A DNA stretch of 61,838 nucleotides, counting the filler, from Basidiobolus meristosporus CBS 931.73 (lineage: Eukaryota > Fungi > Basidiobolomycota): NCBI GenBank assembly GCA_002104905.1. It is 3 parts of 3 records of this genome, joined end to end, with 100 filler letters (N's around TTAATTAATTAA, not from the genome) between each part and the next. Parts side by side here need not be neighbours in the genome. Positions count along the whole stretch, not along the records: positions 47,419 to 61,838 come from MCFE01001177.1; 2 more parts are not named here. The stretch is one strand, 5' to 3'. Shown here piece after piece: positions 50,401-61,838 of this stretch (the first letter of the stretch is position 1; every line of letters begins with the position of its first letter). Made by a program: the position numbers and the translations under genes. The notes beneath the pieces were generated by a model. It saw only the letters and a list, made by a program, of their open reading frames with translations. It searched no databases and was not told the origin of the DNA.

Positions 50401-51601
50401 TACCCAGACTATTACCCTAAGCCAATCCAAGTATATTCAAGATATACTAAAGAAGTACAAAATGGAAGACTGTAAACCGGCAGCCACCCCAATGGAGACA
50501 AACCTTAACTTGGTCAAAACTCAACCAAATCAAGAGAGCTTGGTGCCATCTGAAAGCCCTGACTTTCCTTATCAATCTATGGTCGGCAGTCTGATGTATA
50601 TCATGCTTGGAACACGTCCAGATATCTCATATTCAGTGGGAGTTGTCAGCCAACATAATCAGAATTATGGATCTGATCATATTGCAGCAGTTAAGCGGAT
50701 TTTTAGATACCTAAAAGGAACTGCTGATATCTGCTTAAGATACACTTGTAAGGATTCAGAACAGGATCTTGTGGGATACTCTGATGCTGATTGGGGACAA
50801 AATTTGGAAGACAGAAGATCCACTACAGGATACACCTTTCTTTACTGTAAAGGAGCAATTTCATGGAATTCAAGAAAGCAACCAACCGTAGCACTTTCTA
50901 CTACAGAGGCAGAGTATATGGCAGCCTGTGAAGCTACAAAAGAAGCAATGTGGTTAAGAAAACTCTTTACAGATTTAGGCTTATGTCAAAAAACGCCTAT
51001 TACTTTATTTCAAGATAATCAAGGATGTATACAATTAGGTAGAAATCCAACTTTTCATGCTAGAACCAAGCACATAGATATTAGACATCATTTCATACGT
51101 GAAGCTATAGAGAATAACTTAGTTAGCTTAGTTTACTGTTCTACAGATGAAATGATTGCAGACATATTTACCAAACCATTAGCTAGAGACAAGTTTGAAT
51201 ATCTTAGGTCAAAATTAGGACTAGTCAGTATGAACATTTAGCTGAGTGGGAGTGTTGTAAAAATTTGTATTTCCACCTAAATATTCACCTAACTTAGTCA
51301 CTTAGATCATCACCTTCAAATCCTAGAGAATACTGACCAAATTCCTTGTCGGGATTTACTTAGAATATTTTCACCAAAATACCAGGTACCCAGAACATGA
51401 AAATTCTCAAAGTTGTCCAAACAGCCCCAAACTTTGAACACATGTTCTTGGGACCTTCCTTAACCTATTCTACGTGTTTGCAATGCCAAGACCAGGTAAA
51501 AGTATAAATACCACTTTTACATTCAATAAATCATTAAGTGAAAAACACATAATCTACTTGTTCTCCAAATCACTTCCAATATCTCCAAGACTCTTACAAC
51601 T
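47419..51601 (+). mobile_element. Copia element F (5' end in gap; gag-pol, PPT 51243-51252, 3' LTR 51253-~51601)
   Basis: ORFs 47527-49740 and 49733-51241 are joined by a +1 T. TGA at ~47500. The LTR abuts the gag sequence of an older copy. Confidence 0.95.
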
Positions 51602-52550
51602 CCAACTACTGATGAGGATGTGATAGTAACCATCCTGAATAGCCTGGTAGACAGGTTTCAGGGTCTTGTATCAGTCCTAGAGTCCAGCACTGCAGATTCA
51701 AAATTAAATTATGTATATGGAAGGCTCATGCATGAAGAATTAGGAAAATTAAGCTCCAATAAGGAATAAGATGCATTAATAAGCAATGATAACCAGCAAA
51801 GCAGATAACCAAGACCTTTTAAAGGCAATAGCAACCTGTTTTACAGCTACTGCAAAAGGAAAGGACACACATCAGACCAGTGCTTCAAAAAGAGAGATAG
51901 TCAGCAGAAAAAGCCTGAATAGGGAAATGCTGCCACAACCAAAGATAGACTATTCCTATCTGCACTGAATATGACCACAAGCAAGGATTCTCAGACATGA
52001 TAGAGGGACTCTGGAGCATATCAACACTTTACACACCAAGAAGAACTTCTTGCCCAATATCAAGAAATTCCAACTGAGAAAGTTTTGATGGGTGACAATA
52101 GAACACTTGACACAGTGGGAGAAGGTACTCTCCATGTAAACCTTAGAAGCAGTGAAGGAAGCCACACACTACCTTTAAAGGAGTACTCTATGTACCAGAA
52201 ATAGCCAAGGACCTACTATCTGTAAGCAAGGCCACAGCAGGAGGACTTAGTTTCAGCATTGACAATTTTCAATGCTGGATCATTGATCAAAATGGTGCAC
52301 ATATTGCTTTGGGTATCAGAGATCAGAATCTGTATAAGCTGACTTATATTCTAACATATCTGGGAGCTAATATAAGTAACTTAAATGAAGAAGCACCAAT
52401 GCTTTGGCACAGGAGATTCTGACACATCAATTTTGATTATCTGTGCAAAATGATCAAAGACCAGCTAATTTCTGGAGTGAAAATTGATTCCCCAGCTAAT
52501 TTGGTAAAAAAGTAATATTAATCCCCCACTAATTTGGAGCACTGTGAAGC
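51602..52550 (+). mobile_element. Older copia gag/protease remnant H (host of F)
   Basis: Starts at PTTDEDVIVTILNSL and decays through the protease and pre-integrase region with stops. Confidence 0.85.
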
Positions 52551-52555
52551 CAAAA

Positions 52556-53527
52556 CCTCTCTGTCAGGCTCTTCAGGATGGTAACTATCACATCCTCTTC
52601 AGTAGTTGGTATGCCCACAGATTCCATCTCATCTACCAGCAGGGTAATTCTGTTGATTAGACTTTTCATTTCTTATCCTGGCAGCATCTTTGTAGTCAAG
52701 AATTTTTGTCTCAGATACATTTTCTTAGAAGCTGAACATGACTGGTAGGTGTCTTCTAATGCATTCCAGGCATTCTTTGCTGTTTTTGCTCTTGAGCATT
52801 GAATTAGCAATTTGTCTTCAACATTAAGGCAAATGCAGTTAAAGGCACTTTGTTCTTTCTTCTGGTACTTCAAGGCATCCTCTCCCACGTTTTTAGGAGG
52901 GCATTCTTCTCCCATGACAATATCCCAAAGGCCTCTTTCTTGTAGCAGCATCTTCATTTTCACCTTCCACACTTGGTAGTTAGATCCATCCAACTTTTCA
53001 GCAGAGGGAAAAATTCCAGTAATAGCAGTAGTAGACATTGCAGAGAGTGACAGCTCAGGGCTCATAGCCTGTTGTAAGAGTCTTGGAGATATTGGAAGTG
53101 ATTGGGAGAACAAGTAGATTATGTGGTTTTCACCTAATGATTTACTGAATGTAAAAGTAGTATTTATACTTTTACATGGTCTTAGCGTAACAAACATGCA
53201 GAGTAGATTACAGAAGGTCCCAAGAGCATGTGTGCAAAGTTTGGGGCTGTTTGGACAACTTTGAGAATTTTCATGTTCTGGGTAAATATTCCAAGTAAAT
53301 CCCAACAAGGAATTTGGTCAGTATTCTCTAGGATATGAAGGTAATGATCAAGTGACTAAGTTAGGTGAATATTTAGGTGGAGATACAAATTTTTACAACA
53401 TTTTGGTGAAAATATTCCAAGTAAATCCTGACAAGGAATTTGGTCAGTATCCTCTAGGATGTGAAGGTAATGATCTAAGTGACTAAGTTAGGTGAGTATT
53501 TAGGTGGAATTAAAAATTTTTACAACA
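52556..53527 (-). mobile_element. Copia fragment G: 5' gag, 5' LTR 53070-53400 (internally deleted) and a second partial LTR 53401-53527
   Basis: Gag translation to VIVTILKSL, PBS GGCTATGAGCCCT, and two successive LTR ends TTTTACAACA at 53400 and 53527. Confidence 0.88.
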
Positions 53528-53534
53528 TTGTCTA

Positions 53535-54116
53535 CAAATCTTGGAGAATTCTGACCAGATTCCTTGTTGGAAATTACTTAGAATATGCCCAGGAAAGTCC
53601 CAAGGACATGTGGGCAGGATTTGCAGCTATTTGGACAACTTTGAGATATTTCATGCTCTGAGTACCTGATGTTTTGGTGCAAATATTTTAGGTGTATTTC
53701 TGTCAAGTCCATGTACAAGAATAAACACTAATTTTACTTTCAATAAGGCACTGAGTAGATTTACATTATCTACTTGTTCTCCCAGTCACTTCCAGTATCT
53801 CCAAAACTCTTACAACAAGAAGTACCCAGACCATCACCTTAAGTCAGTCTAGGTATACTCAAGTTAAACTTAGAAAGTACTGGATGAAAGATTGTAAGCA
53901 GCTACCCTAATGAAGACAAACTTTCATCAAGAATCAACCAAATCAAGAGAGCTTGTTACTCTCTAAAAGACCAGACTTTTCTAACAAATTTAGTGTTAGC
54001 AGTTTAATGCATTTCATGAATGCAACATGATCAGACTTCAATAGATTATTAAAGAAAATCCACATAATCTACTTGCTCTCCCAATCACTTCCAGTATCTC
54101 CAGAAGTCTTACAACA
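53535..54116 (+). mobile_element. Old rearranged LTR (to 53817), RT remnant and LTR tail (to 54116)
   Basis: Forward LTR pieces flank an inverted middle; RSTQTITLSQS-like RT sequence follows 53817. Confidence 0.7.
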
Positions 54117-54767
54117 AAGACAGTCATAAAAAATATACTTAAAAAGGATCCTAAGAGCATATACACACTATCTGGGGGCTTTTAGACAGCCTAACAGATC
54201 TTTATACTCAGAGTACCTGACACTTTGCTGAAACTTGTCAAGTCAATTTCAGCAAAGAATTTTGGCAAGGAATAGTGAAGTTTGTAAGCTAGGATTTCAA
54301 TGACATGTTTAGGAGTAAATACCAGATTTACCACATTACAAACAGTTGATCCACTATCCTCCATCCAACAAGGGTATATCATACAAACATACATGGCCAT
54401 AATCTTGCCACTGTTTACTTTTGCTCAACATACCAATACATAGCCCATTCACTACTTAACACCCAATGGATTAGTCCATGTGAATGTAGAGTGGAGAGGA
54501 CTTAAATGAATCCTGACGATTTTACACTCGATTAATCCTGGGATTGGTTTTGCTTTATGACATTATCAAAGGACACCACTTGGTCAGATGATTAATGCAC
54601 ATACGTGAAATAGGAGATAATCCAGGTTTGGTGCATATCACCGGTTTGGTATATATCGATTCGTCCTGGAAACTCGATCAACCGCCCATGAATAAGATTC
54701 GAATTCCGGGAACAACTAAGTGAAGTGAATTTCCACCGAGACTTCAGTGACACCTTGATACGATACA

Positions 54768-56851
54768 ATGGACGATTTCGACTACAATGCGGTATCTTGG
54801 GATACCGGAGACACCACCCATCACGTAAACGACCCGTTGTTTGAGGAAGGTGGCCTCGAGGTTGGCAGCTCGTTCGCTGATTTCCAACCGCCCGAGGTCG
54901 CGTCCCCCTTCTCCCAGCACGGTGATGAACCGAGCACCACAGACCTGGTAAGAAGCGCTTGTTGGTGGTTGCGTTGCCTCCCTCGAGCTAGTGTTACTCG
55001 ATATTGATGTCCACTCGTTTCGCTAGACCCAACCGGAAATTGTCCCAGCATCCGCGACGGACGCCGCTCAGGATCCTCTCGCCCCAGCCAAGATGCAGAT
55101 CTCCATCACCCAACCCCATAAAGAATACGAGGGAACCACGGCGCAACACATCTCCTACCTGATAACCACTCAGGTAACTCTCATTGACCACCCACGCGCG
55201 GAAGTTTAGTTCCCCGTTGAGCAGTTGGACTAAGGAAAACCCACCGTTGCTAGACTGAATTGAAAACCTTCCCAAAGTCTGAGTGCCAAGTGCGCAGGAG
55301 GTTCCAGGAGTTCGTGTGGTTGTATAACACCCTTGTTGACGAGTACCCTGCCTCCATGGTTCCTCCTTTACCAGGGAAGCACCGAATGGGTAAGGCCACC
55401 CTTATCTCTACTCTTACCTTGACAGCCGCCTCTTAACCATCCTGTCACCACCCTTACGCTAGAATACTTCAAGGGGGACCGTTTCGGAGAGGAATTCGTG
55501 GAGAAGAGAAAAGATAGGTAAGTCCCGTATTCACACCCGCACCCTCCCCGGTTAGTCACTCAACTCCTTCCACCGCCAACTAGTTTGGAACGGTTTTTGC
55601 AAAGGGTGGCCAGACACCCTACCCTCCAAAAGAGCGTTTGCTTGAGAAACTTCCTCACGGCCGAGAAATTGGTAGTTGCCCCTTAGGTTGCACTACAGAC
55701 CATCCTATCTGACCAATCCGTCTGCTCTTATGTAGTCGACCACGGCACCCAAGGGGGAAGGAGCACTGGAGAATCTCGGAGAAGTGCTGATCAACGCGTT
55801 CACCAAGGTGCAGAAGCACGACGAACGATTCTTGGAGATCAAGGAGAGCGTGGAGAAGTTCTCGGAGAACCTCCATACCATCGAGCGGCTCCACCAGAAA
55901 ATCTTCAAGAAGCAGATGGGTAGAGACGGCTCTCTGAAGTGGTGGGAATGGCCAGACCGCTAATCGACTTACACCATCTAGAACTCGAGCCCGATTACGC
56001 GGCGCTAGAGACGGAGATCAAGGCGTTGAGTCAACTGGAGACCAGAATTGCCGAGCCGTTGTTGAAATTTGCCTCGGCCATCGAGAAACAGGCCGAAGTG
56101 ACGAAAGAGATGGTATGTGCCAGCACCGGGGTCGCCCAACCCACACCTGCTAACCTACACCGGCCTAACCCTGCTCGTTAAAGATCGGTTCAGAGGAGGC
56201 AGGATTCCTCAGTCAGATCCATGAATACATTAGTTACTGCACCAACGTCAAGGTACCTCCACCACACTGCACTCAACCTGTCGACGCGTGTACTGAACAT
56301 TTATTAGGGAGTCATGAAGCTGCGCGAGCAGAAGCAGATAGACTTCGAGGAACTCAGCGTGCTGCTTGACCAACAGAAGAGCGAACGTGAAAAGCTCGTC
56401 AACCATGGCAGGACCTCCGGGATCTCGTCCTTCCTCAAAGGGAAGTATGACGAGATCAAGGGGGTGGACCAAGAAAAGTCTCGACAGCAGAAACTGGAGA
56501 AAGTGGAGGCCAAGGTTAAGGAGGTAACGCAGATTCGGCTGGACCAGGTTTTTTGCGAGAGTCACTGACCACCGGCTCTTAGCTCGAGAGGGAGGTAGAT
56601 AGCAGCGGCGACCTGGCCTCAAGGTTCTCGGAGGAAGTGCTCAAGGAGTTCGCGATCTTCCAGACCTCCAAGACAATCGATCTAAAAGATTCATTCCACA
56701 ACTACTGCAACAGCCAGATGGACTACTACAAATCGGTAAGTACCTACGAGCGATGTCCGTCGCTAACCGCGTCGCTAACCATATCCACCCGCAGGGGATT
56801 TCCATTTGGGAGGAGATCATCCCAATCTTGGAGGGAATCCAACCACAATAA
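54768..56851 (+). CDS. SNX4: Sorting nexin-4 / Atg24 (PX-BAR), multi-intron
   Basis: HISYLITT, VRRRFQEFVWLY, VPPLPGKHRMEYFKGDRFGEEF, helical BAR region with REQKQIDFEELS; ends WEEIIPILEGIQPQ*. Confidence 0.9.
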
Positions 56852-57243
56852 AGCAGTGACCAATAAACTCCATCACGTGACGCGAAGCGTCTGCATTTGT
56901 AAAAAAGAAAAAAATGATTTACGCTGTGTTGTTAGAGCTTCTGGCCAAAGGTGGAACAGGAGGAAACCCACTTCGCCCCGCAGTCCATGATTCTGGAAAG
57001 AACGGAAAGATAGATGAATGCCCCTGGCCAGACGATGGTAGACCAACACCCACAACACCCACTAATCGAAGCACCCGATGTGCAGTAGAGAACATTTTCA
57101 ATAAAACTTGCCAGATCAAAGCCAGTCAGCCAATCACACCGCCCAGCATCGCAGAGGGATTTTTTTTCCGAGTTTGGGCAATTTTATGAAACCAATTTTG
57201 TCGGGTGGCTCTTTCTTTCTCTTCCTTACCGAAGTTTGCAAAC

Positions 57244-57573
57244 ATGGAAAACGATCAAGGTGTTCTCGTCGACTTGTACGTCCCCAGAAAGTGGTATGTA
57301 CCGAAGGCATCGCGACCCCCTGCGCCATCCCACCATTACTAAGCTGCTTTTCTCTCCCACAGCTCTGCCACTGGCCGTCTCATCCCCGCCAAGGACCACG
57401 CCTCCGTCCAAATCAACATTGGTGAGGTCGATGCCGAAGGCCGTTACACCGGTTCTTTCCAAACCTATGCCTTCTCCGGCTTCGTCCGCAAGCTCGGTGA
57501 ATCCGACGACTCCCTCAACCGCCTTGCCACCAAGGACGGTTTCTTGAAGAACGTCTGGTCTTACCAAAAGTAA
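57244..57573 (+). CDS. RPS21: 40S ribosomal protein S21 (eS21), 1 intron
   Basis: [16 protein letters not shown]|[39 protein letters not shown]. Confidence 0.97.
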
Positions 57574-57944
57574 TTGAAGGGCGTCTGGTCTCACCCACCC
57601 CCTAGCTAACCCTACATGTTGACGCTTTCATCGGAACTATAATAAACTGCGATTTCTCGCCAACATTGTGCGTAATTTGTTGGATTTTTTTTATGTTGAT
57701 GATCCGGATTTGATGATGCAAATTTAATGGATCCCCTATACCAATGATCTATACTAATCCACGGCTGGTTTGTGGTCGGTGATTTGCCATTTGCGATAAG
57801 TAAAACGAATCGAACCTCGATTACCTGGGCTTTTTGAACCATTGCTGGTATTTTCTCTAACCTAGCAACCAAAACCTAGCGCAGCCCAATCCCTTCCACT
57901 GGTACCCATACCAGAACCTTCTTGACAACGAAGCTGCGAACGTG

Positions 57945-60764
57945 ATGGCAGACTCGTTTTTCGGTTTTAACACCGCCCTTCCCCCGCTGTCCTCCCAGGA
58001 GCGACAGAACCTCCGGAGGGGCCCGTACTCGGCGAACGAGAACGGTTTCGACAAGTTAAACAACCAGCTACACTCCCTCCACCTCAACGAGGGCCTTTCC
58101 TCTTTAGATGAGGAGAAGTACGACCGTCTGGGTGACCAGTTGCAAGAGGAGAACGACAATTTGAACGATGAAACATTCGGCGCGGTCGGCACCGCTAATA
58201 TGAGTGAGTTTTTTTTTCAATCTGTGGTTCCAAAGAACAATCTCAGTCCCCCCCTTTACGATCCGACTTCGAGGGCGAAGTTTGGTCTCGAGTCGGTCCA
58301 CATTGCCACCAGGCTCCATTTCTCTACCTTCCCACCCCACCTTCCCCTCCACCCAAAGCCTATGGCTACTTGTGAAGTGGCGATCTGCGGAACTTGTTGC
58401 ACCGTCGTTAAATGTTGCGTTATTTTCCCTGTCTAGATCGGGATTTCGACTTCGCCGCCAACACCGACAAGATCGCCTCCGCCCTTGAAAAGGAGCAACG
58501 TCAGTTGTTCGGGGATAGAAGAGCCTCGCAAAACCCTGGTTATGAACAATACGGTAAGTTCAGGGGACGCCTTCTTTCCCTTGGTTTGGTCTTTGCTGAC
58601 CGGAGTCGACGCTTTTATTAACTTGTGTGCTGCTTCGTGCGTCTGTAGGGGCCCAAAAGCCTACTCGTAACTCGCTCGCCGCCCTGTGGGGTGAGGAGGC
58701 AGGTCAGCAAGGAAACAGAGGGTACGACAAGACCTACGACTACGCAGAGATGGTCCATTCTCCCGTGTCTCCCAGTATTTCCAAGCAACACCAGGATATT
58801 TGGAATCAAGGGGATGGAAATCGTGGTAAGTAAATCCCACCGACCCGCCCGACTTGCTCAACCCAGCTTACCTAACGCATTCCAGAAATCCCTTACGGCT
58901 TGAGCAGAACCAGTTCGTACGGGGATGGCGGCCAAGGAGAATTCGGCTTTTCTTCTCCAAGAAATCGCCCGTCGCACTTAACCAGGCACCTAACGACCTT
59001 GGCTACATGTCGCCAAGAAATCGTCCGGCGATGCTTGGAAGTCCCCGTACCGAGCCTCCCTACATGTCTCCCCGCAACCGACCCGCCCCTCCACCAGGCG
59101 TGATGTCGCCTATGGGAGGTAGATACTCCTTGGAGGAGATTGAAAACCAACTTCTCCGATCGCTACCTCAATCTGGAATGCCAAACAACCTCCAAGGCTA
59201 TGACAGACGAGGCATCGAGATGGACCCCGCCTTGGCCCCAAGAACCGGGCCTATCCCCAACGCCAACTACCTCCAGAGCTACGAGAGGGAGGCGATCTTC
59301 GCCATGAAACAGCAAAGACTTCGGGAGAAGCTGATGCGAATCGTAAGTCGGCGTCGGCCACCTTCCCATCCCCACCCGCACTTCCGGAATGCCCCATATT
59401 GACCACCGTTTCGTATTTAGGGACGTTACAACAACCTGATGACCCAGGGCGACAAGGACTACATCTCCCGGATCCAGATCTCCCAGCTCGTCACCGACGA
59501 CCCATACGCCGACGACTTCTACTACCAGATGTACAACGCGTTCAACAAGAAGGTCGACCCCGGGCTCTCCTCCCCCGCTGCCGAGAAGCTCCCCTCTGGT
59601 GGACGCCGTGGGCTGACCAGGATGCAGCAACAGATCAAGCGAGTGGTCGAGGAGGCCAAGCGTAGACCCCGGTCTACCCAGTTCTCCCTCGAAGGTGCGC
59701 TCGGTAAGATCGCCCTCAAGTCCGTCAAGAACCCCAAGCAGATCCTGCAAGTCAGTGGGAAGGCGAGCGAGGAATCCGGAGGCTCGTCCCCGGTAATCGA
59801 GACGAAGACGGTAGCCAACAGCCAGGACGATCGGAAGAGGACGTTGAGAGTGATTGAAAACGTCTACAACAAAACGCTCGAGTTGGAGCAGCTGATGCGA
59901 CAGAACCAGAAGGACCCCCGCGCACGCCAGGACCAGGAGAGCTTGGAGAAGTGGGTCCAGGAGTGTGAAGAGATCATCGCGGAGATCTGGGCCGAGCTTG
60001 GCACCAACAACCCCATCTCCACGGAGTATCCTCACCCCTTCATCAGGTTCCTCAACATCCCCAAAGGAAAGAAGCTCATTCCGCGTATCTTGCGACACGC
60101 GATTCCCGAGAAGGGTCTTAGCATGGTGACCACGCTCGTGGCCAATTTCGAGAGTCTGAATGTGTGTCGTGGCGGGGTCTTCGGGCCGCAGTCGACCATC
60201 TTGCCGGAAACCTTGGAGGAGATCGACCTGTTCGTGAACACGGTGATCGCCTCCCTCCTCGAGAGATTCATCATGGAGGTGCCGATGAAAACCATCAACG
60301 GTCTGCTCTCCGTTTTCATCGAGAGGAACAACATCGCCTGGGTGGCCCGCAGCAAGGTTGGCCTCAGCATGCTCACCATGTTCCTCACACGTGCGGTGAT
60401 GCTGAAACAAGGGGTGGGCACCCACCAAGGGTTCGTGCCGGACGAGGTGGAGCTTTCACAATGGAACGAGGTGTACACCGAGCTCTTCGCCCAGCTCCAG
60501 TACCACTTCGGCATGCTCTTCCCACCGACCACCTCGATGATCGACGACCTTTACGTGTGGGAGTTCTTGGCCGCCCTCGGATCACAGGCCACATCCCAAC
60601 AGCAGCATGTGCTTGTGACCGAGGTCAGGGAGAAGATCTACGAGAGCCTCATGGCCGCCACCTCGGGACAATTGCCACCCGAGGCTGCCCAGCACAAATA
60701 CTCCAACGTGAATCTGTTCCTTCACTCGTTGGGGCTTGACGCATCTCAGATCCCCCTTCGCTAA
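57945..60764 (+). CDS. PAT1: Pat1 mRNA decapping activator / P-body scaffold, multi-intron
   Basis: N-terminal SFFGF and NDETFG, middle LMTQGDKDYISRIQISQLVTDDPYADDFYYQ, ALGKIALKSVKNPKQIL, and C-terminal NVNLFLHSLGL. Confidence 0.93.
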
Positions 60765-61160
60765 CCCACCAAAAGCATCCACTGTGTACCTCACTCGATA
60801 GTAAATATTGAACCCACACCTCCCCAGACACCAATGTACCGGGACGTACGTCTTAACTCCCCCTTCTTCCTCCCGAAAAGACCACCACGCTTATATATAA
60901 ATGAAAAAAAATCCGTATTCCAATAACACCTGGTCATCCTCCACGTTTCCGATTCCACACTAGAGAAAATAAAGGTGGTAGATTGGTGGCTACTAGTTGG
61001 GTAAGGGAGGATTTTATTTACGCGTTCTTCGGTTAAGGTGGATAACACCGATGGAATGGAACCGTATTCGCTTTCTAACGACAATCTCTACTGGTTGGGG
61101 TGGACAAGAAACCAAAAAAAGGAGACTCGGTGGACCCTCTAAACGCCGGGTGGGGTGGGT

Positions 61161-61444
61161 TTATTGGGACTTGGACAATTGCCAGGCGGAGGCGATGAAA
61201 GGAAGGGCGTATCCGAGACCGAAGAAAGAGACCATCTTCACGGCGAGGGCCTTCTTCTTCTTGACGTCGAAGGGCAAGTGCTACGGATGGAAGTGGAGGG
61301 TGTTTAGTGGTGTGTCGGGTAACGGGGTTCACGTAAAAGGAACACTTACAGCGCCGTTCTCGTTTTCGAAGTGGTAGGCACTTCTGGTGACGTTGGGCGA
61401 ACAAGGGAGCGGGAGCGGATGGCGGCGCGAGCAAAGACGGACAT
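61161..61444 (-). CDS. COX7C: Cytochrome c oxidase subunit VIIc (yeast Cox8) with an apparent 1-bp frameshift in exon 1
   Basis: Presequence MSVFARAAIRSRSLVR, mature HFENENGA|HLPFDV..KMVSFFGLGYALPFIASAWQL. Intron 61281-61349. Exon 1 is 95 nt. Confidence 0.82.
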
Positions 61445-61676
61445 GGTTCTGAAGGTGTTTTGGTCAGAGGAGAGGGAGCGGTTCAGTGGGATAATATTTC
61501 CTCGCCGATGAAATCGCCCAATCCTCCCCGGAGTTTCGGGAAGTACTTGGGTAATGGGTTAAAAAAAACTCAATCGACCATCACTTTAAACGGGAGAGGT
61601 TCCCCAGATGCAAAACCCAATGTCATTCGGCATTCCATTTTCATTCGTCACCCAAACCAATATATCTGGTGGAAGG

Positions 61677-61729
61677 TTGATTAACCTGGGCTTTGTTTAA
61701 GCAGTGTTGATTAACCTGGGGTTTATTTA
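61677..61729. repeat. Two-copy direct repeat GTTGATTAACCTGGG(C/G)TTT(G/A)TTTA, period 30 bp, upstream of COX7C
   Basis: GATTAACCTGGG read directly at 61679 and 61709. Confidence 0.8.
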
Positions 61730-61838
61730 TCGAGATGTATGAAGGTGAGAATGCTAGATATGTAGAGAGATTCGTTAATCTATGGGGAGGGTGGTCTGGA
61801 ATCGATCAGTTGTATTTGAAATCGTCCTTGGAAAGACC

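Noticed and set aside
43625-51601. E and F as one element
   Set aside because: Gag-Pol is present twice around the gap, and the LTRs are different subtypes (ATTAGATAAG versus ATTCTCAAAG).
59163-60428. 421-aa antisense ORF over PAT1 (similarly 27248-27784 over cytochrome c)
   Set aside because: Shadow frames produced by strong GC3 codon bias in the sense gene.
1-61838. CRISPR arrays, tRNA or rRNA genes
   Set aside because: No repeat-spacer array or RNA-gene signature was seen. The PBS is only a short tRNA complement.

Overview
Intron-rich fungal genomic DNA, probably an early-diverging lineage (inference), made of three contigs joined by 100-bp N spacers. About 20 kb at the left and about 14 kb at 40-54 kb are CpG-depleted LTR-retrotransposon graveyards. 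Both are dominated by one compact Ty1/copia family (349-bp LTRs, 4685-bp unit) that is repeatedly nested in itself, in three tiers at left with exact 5-bp TSDs. The family primes from the anticodon arm of initiator tRNA-Met (Ty5/copia-type half-tRNA PBS) and carries an LISSPP motif in the integrase tail that resembles the Ty5 targeting domain LDSSPP. Host genes: a DUSP12/YVH1-like phosphatase lacking the catalytic Arg, a GPI-type chitin deacetylase, cytochrome c, Ras1, an M13 metallopeptidase, a group I G-alpha, a small secreted peptide, an MRNIP-like gene, SNX4, RPS21, PAT1 and a COX7C that is 1 nt short. No tRNA, rRNA or CRISPR array was recognised. Gene boundaries and introns were read by eye, and remnant coordinates are approximate.
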